The notes under the pieces: generated by a model
Databases searched by the model: none
Told to the model about the DNA's origin: nothing
What the model saw: only the letters and a program-made list of their open reading frames with translations
Made by a program: the position numbers and the translations under genes
In this document: piece after piece, positions 60,001-64,000 of the stretch
Position numbering within the stretch: position 1 is the first letter of the stretch
How the letters are laid out: the number at the start of each line of letters is the position of its first letter
Assembly: GCF_002105155.1 (NCBI RefSeq)
Contig: NW_019028979.1
Location: forward strand, 496,001 to 560,000
DNA from: Lobosporangium transversale
Taxonomy: Eukaryota
Length of the DNA: 64,000 nt
Direction of reading: 5' to 3'

Positions 60001-61000
60001 GGTCTATAGCGGTAATTGGCTGGAGAGAAAGGGAAATGATGCTATTTACACGATATAGTTTGCTCAGCGTTCTCGATCGGGAAAAAATGGTTCATGCTCT
60101 CTTCATGTTACTACCTTATTTTACTTTCTCTCTCTCTTACGGTATCCATAGTTAATTATTAGCAGCAAATGGCGAGAGAGAGGCAAATAGAGCAATAGAG
60201 GAAAGGATAATGATAGGCTTACAGAGAGCCGAAGACAAATGAGCAATTGAAAGGTTCAAAGCGCATGGCGAAATGGCTTATTGTATGAAAAGGGGTGGTG
60301 AAGAAATTTAATAAAGGACTTGCCTTGTTTTCGGGGTCATCAAAGTGCTTTGGAACCGCATCAGACCACAATGACGCAGACTCAAAGGGAATATAAACCG
60401 TACCGAGGTAATCATCTCGACCCCAGCGATCTTTGTCCCAGAACATGAGACTTGCCTGGTCTGGGAGCGACTGAGCTTCGACTTCGAATTCATATGCTTC
60501 ATTCCAAACGGGGTTTAATGTTTTCCGGATGACATTGGTAGTGAATTTATGACCACCAACGGATAATTTGACGTAAGGATCTGAGAAGCCGTTCTGTTCA
60601 GTCCAAAGAATAGAGTGATTAAAAAAAAAAAAAAAAAAAAAAAAAATGATCAGAAAGTGTGAGTGGATGATGCAAGTCGTCCAAATTAAGTCTATTTTAG
60701 TACTGAATTTTCTCTATTGTATTATTAAATTGATTTGGTACTGTATAATTTTTTTTATTACAGGCGTCATGCTGCAACTGTTTGACAGTGAATCTGTTGG
60801 TACTCCAATTGTGAAATTTAGTCATGCAACCATACCCTGTCTCTGCCAACAAGATTCTTTGCTCGAGAAATAAGAATTCGCATTTTAGCCACAGTAGGCT
60901 GCTCATCCTCATCATGTAGCCATTTTATTGTTGTTGTGCCTGGTGTGGTTGGTTTAGGTGCAGCTGTGGTGGATGAGGATGTCGAGACTGTTCGAGGCAT
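57053..61000 (-). CDS. PSD2: Phosphatidylserine decarboxylase 2 with two C2 domains; exons 61000-60836, 60593-60324, 59898-59841, 59735-58210, 58091-57571, 57449-57053
   Basis: C2 motifs DRNGFSDPYV..TLNPVWNE..WDKD and FDMDPFVVVSFG..HDWDKLSGNDYIG. Catalytic region FNEFFYRRLK, IFRLAPQDYHRFH, IGAMMVGSI and the GGST self-cleavage motif. Confidence 0.95.
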
Positions 61001-62479
61001 TATGAAAGGAATGGATGCAGCAAAGGGACGCAGCGAGCGTGACTTCGAAAGAGAATAATGATGTCGATGCCTTAATGGTCGAATGGTTTAATGGGGTAAA
61101 GGAGATTTTAACGTGCAATGTTGGGGTAGAATGTAATGTGAGCGTTAGAAGTCTGTGTCCGTTTTGCGTGAGGGCGGGTATAAAAATATTATATGTCTGT
61201 GTGGGGTGCGTGCAAAAGCGTTGGTTTGGATGTGGAGGCAAGTGGTGAAGTGAACAAACAAACAAACAAGCACGCTACGCAGGATGAATTTTAGTAATTT
61301 GTTTAAGATATGAGAGTGGAGAAAGAGACTAATTGTCAGGATAAAGAGACAAGGTGGATGGTGAAAGCAAGTAAAGAGAAAAGCAAAAGCAAGAAGGAGA
61401 CAGAAACAAAGGAAAGCAAAGAGAATTATGAGTTCTGAAATGAATAGTTAATGGTCTGAATCAGCAAGAGCGGGGAATTAAAAAAAGAAAGAGGAAAATA
61501 GTAAAAAAAGCCCAAAAAAACGGATGATGATAAGACATGAGACAGGAACCAAAGCCAAACTGAATTGTTTACACTACACGAAGACATGGATGGATAGGGC
61601 TGTTTACTTTCTAATTCTCTGTTTGTAAGCAGTTTCTATGAACTCAGGCAATGTCCTTCATACCCGCGGATTTGATACTGGGCGCTCGGGCTTTGGAACG
61701 GTCAGATGGACAGGATTCTGTCTAGAATTGGAAGTGAGAGCAGGAGATGTAAAGTTCAATAACACATGTTGATATATATAAATATACATCTATATATTAA
61801 TAAATACATACCGTTGCCATACTGACGTTGGCCCCTGCGATGAGAACGTTATTATCACTGACTCGGACTACGAGCCCTTCATCGCCTTATTTTTTTTTTT
61901 TTTTTTTTTTTTTTATTTCTTTATTTTCTTTTAAATTAGTCTCACTCAAATATCCTCCATAATGATAAACTATTGAAATTTCAATAAATCTTTTACACTA
62001 CACATGAAAACGATGCAACCATCTCATAATCTGAGATAAAGGCATAGGCAAGTAGCGAAGATCAGGCCACTACAAAGTCTGCTAAATATTGAGTTGTAAA
62101 ATGAACCTAACAAGGTCATAGCCATCAAAGAAGATGCGATGCTGCTGTGATATCTGAGTAACTGAGAGATGGCGAGTCTTATTAGCCTATTATGATGACA
62201 ATTGACCATCGATCTGAAAAACAGAACAGAATGTCCATCTCTGTTTTGACAACCACTGCACACTTCTCCTGTTGCTTTTTTTTATGAATGAAACAGTGGA
62301 TGTAGATTTTCTGATCCCGTGCAATTAACCTTTCAAAATGAAAAACTATGACTGTGGAAATTTTTTTTCCTTATTGTAAATAGGGAGTTTATCTAGCGTT
62401 CCTCCCCACGTAACTTTTTCCAACAATCGGTTCTTCGTTTTTTCATCAAGCCTCCATCAAAGCCTCCCGATGAATAGAA

Positions 62480-64000
62480 ATGTCCTCCGCCACTGACCAT
62501 ATCAATACCGATCCTTCCAGGACTTCCTCACCACCTACAACAGATGACACAGCCCGCAATGCAATCCCAGAAGTAGTGGATCCGGTCGATCCACCCGTGA
62601 CAGCGATTCAAGAGCCTCCTAGTAATGCCTCATCACCACCCGCCAACTCCCATAATGAGTTTTCCAGCACTGTGTCAGAGGATGTCAAAGCCCTGACTGA
62701 GGCCCTTACAACACCGATTCGTGAGCAGATCGAAGCACATGAGCAAGCCGCAGCAGCAGTCGTTGCAGCTGTAGGTGCATCTGTAACTGCTGAATCTCAT
62801 GCAGATCAGACTGCGCAGCCAGAGTCGACCGCCGCTCCCACAGTAGCTCCTTCTACCCAAGCCTTTGATGTCAGTAATATTGAAAGCCTTTCACCAACTA
62901 CTCAGGACGAGATTGTAAAGAATCAAGCTGCAAAGACATTGCAATTGATTGCCTTGTCTTTTAGTAACCAGGTTTCGCAAACCTCAGAGAGCGCCAGCAC
63001 TGCATCAGGGTCTGCAACAGACGATGGAAAAGCAGCCTCAGCTATGGATCCTGCTTTGGTCAGTCTTGAACAAGTCCTGAGAGAGCATGCAGCCGCAAGC
63101 GCTAGAGAAGCGCCATCAGGAGTCAATGCAGCATCCTCTTCCTCTGCGAACTCAAACTCAAAGCTAGAAGACGAAACAAACGCACTTGCACAGGCTGTTC
63201 TTAAGGCTATGCAAGCTGATGCTCTCAAGTCAAGTCAAGTCAATCTGGAGACTGACTCTTCTTCTGCATCCCTGCAAAGTGGTGCTCATCAAAATGTTAT
63301 TGACCAAAGCGAGCTGCACAGAGTTAAGCTCGAAACTGTACCCACGGGCGAAAGTAGCTCTGCAACCTCAACTTCCACATCAAATCCTAGTCGTGAGTTA
63401 TTTTTCGAGCAGGACATGGCTACAGGCAAGACTCAAGTCAAATGGATTACAGATTCAAAAACCGAGCCAAAGGAGCATGTCAATAGTGTTCTAGAAGACG
63501 CAACTGTTATCCAGTTAGCACTCCAGACGTTGATGGCGAGCACTGGTATCACAGGACTCTCAGAACTGAATGTTGCAAGTGGCGGACTATTGGCGCCACC
63601 TGTTGGTCATTTTCCTGCGCAAGGTTCAGATTTCGGATCAAGCCAGGATCCTGCAGCCCCGGAGTCACGTACAGATACAGAAGCAACAGCACCACCTCGT
63701 AAAAAGCGTAAGACGGGGGGTTCTAGCAAGCAGAACACTGCCGCATCTATTCCAGAAGGGTCACCTTCATTCCCATGTACATTTCCAGGATGTGAGAAAG
63801 TGTTTGCAAGGCTTTATAATCTCAAATCTCATTCCAGAACTCATACGGACGAGCGACCCTTTGTATGCAGTAGCTGCAAATTAGCATTTTCACGGAACCA
63901 TGATCTAAGAAGGCATGTCAAGATCCACATAGGTGATAAAGTTTTCAAGTGCGATGGCTGCGGCAAATCATTTTCTCGCCTGGATGCACTTGGTCGTCAT
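62480..64000 (+). CDS. C2H2 zinc-finger transcription factor (three fingers, Crz1/Sp-KLF-like), 3' end outside the window
   Basis: Frame from ATG 62480 reaches [69 protein letters not shown]. It is probably missing from the ORF track because no stop is reached. Confidence 0.88.
   Translation, partial: MSSATDHINTDPSRTSSPPTTDDTARNAIPEVVDPVDPPVTAIQEPPSNASSPPANSHNEFSSTVSEDVKALTEALTTPIREQIEAHEQAAAAVVAAVGASVTAESHADQTAQPESTAAPTVAPSTQAFDVSNIESLSPTTQDEIVKNQAAKTLQLIALSFSNQVSQTSESASTASGSATDDGKAASAMDPALVSLEQVLREHAAASAREAPSGVNAASSSSANSNSKLEDETNALAQAVLKAMQADALKSSQVNLETDSSSASLQSGAHQNVIDQSELHRVKLETVPTGESSSATSTSTSNPSRELFFEQDMATGKTQVKWITDSKTEPKEHVNSVLEDATVIQLALQTLMASTGITGLSELNVASGGLLAPPVGHFPAQGSDFGSSQDPAAPESRTDTEATAPPRKKRKTGGSSKQNTAASIPEGSPSFPCTFPGCEKVFARLYNLKSHSRTHTDERPFVCSSCKLAFSRNHDLRRHVKIHIGDKVFKCDGCGKSFSRLDALGRH

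Noticed and set aside
62675..63884. Several short ORFs listed in the track at the window end
   Set aside because: They overlap the real C2H2 TF frame starting at 62480.

Overview
Eukaryotic, intron-rich fungal genomic DNA. It is AT-rich in non-coding regions, has GT-AG introns of about 100-450 nt and long poly(A)/poly(T) runs. Gene content and style fit an early-diverging fungus, plausibly Mortierellaceae (inference only). I assembled 18 protein-coding genes by hand from splice sites and reading frames: a homeodomain/HOY1-Phx1-type TF, an FBXO21-like F-box protein, SDHAF3/SDH7, a RING+TRAF zinc-finger protein, a polyQ Rua1/DUF4451-type regulator, an IAH1-like SGNH esterase, a TMEM170-like protein, a PKA catalytic subunit, a 63-aa COX7-like protein (absent from the ORF track), RPL25, CDH1/Fzr, HMT1/PRMT1, a reticulon, a half-size ABCA transporter, a PAP2/dolichyl-diphosphatase-like protein, PSD2 and a C2H2 TF truncated by the window end. 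Seventeen are named here; the count of 18 includes no extra locus beyond these if the IAH1 long and short forms are counted separately. No tRNA, rRNA, CRISPR array or recognisable transposon was found. I see no convincing new multi-gene system. The best leads are a membrane-anchored, N-extended IAH1 ending in KKEL; one firm and one probable GC-AG intron; an 11-nt microexon; repeated low-complexity insertions inside conserved domains; long regulatory-looking introns; a shared CACGTG promoter motif; and an unexplained spacer of about 4 kb.
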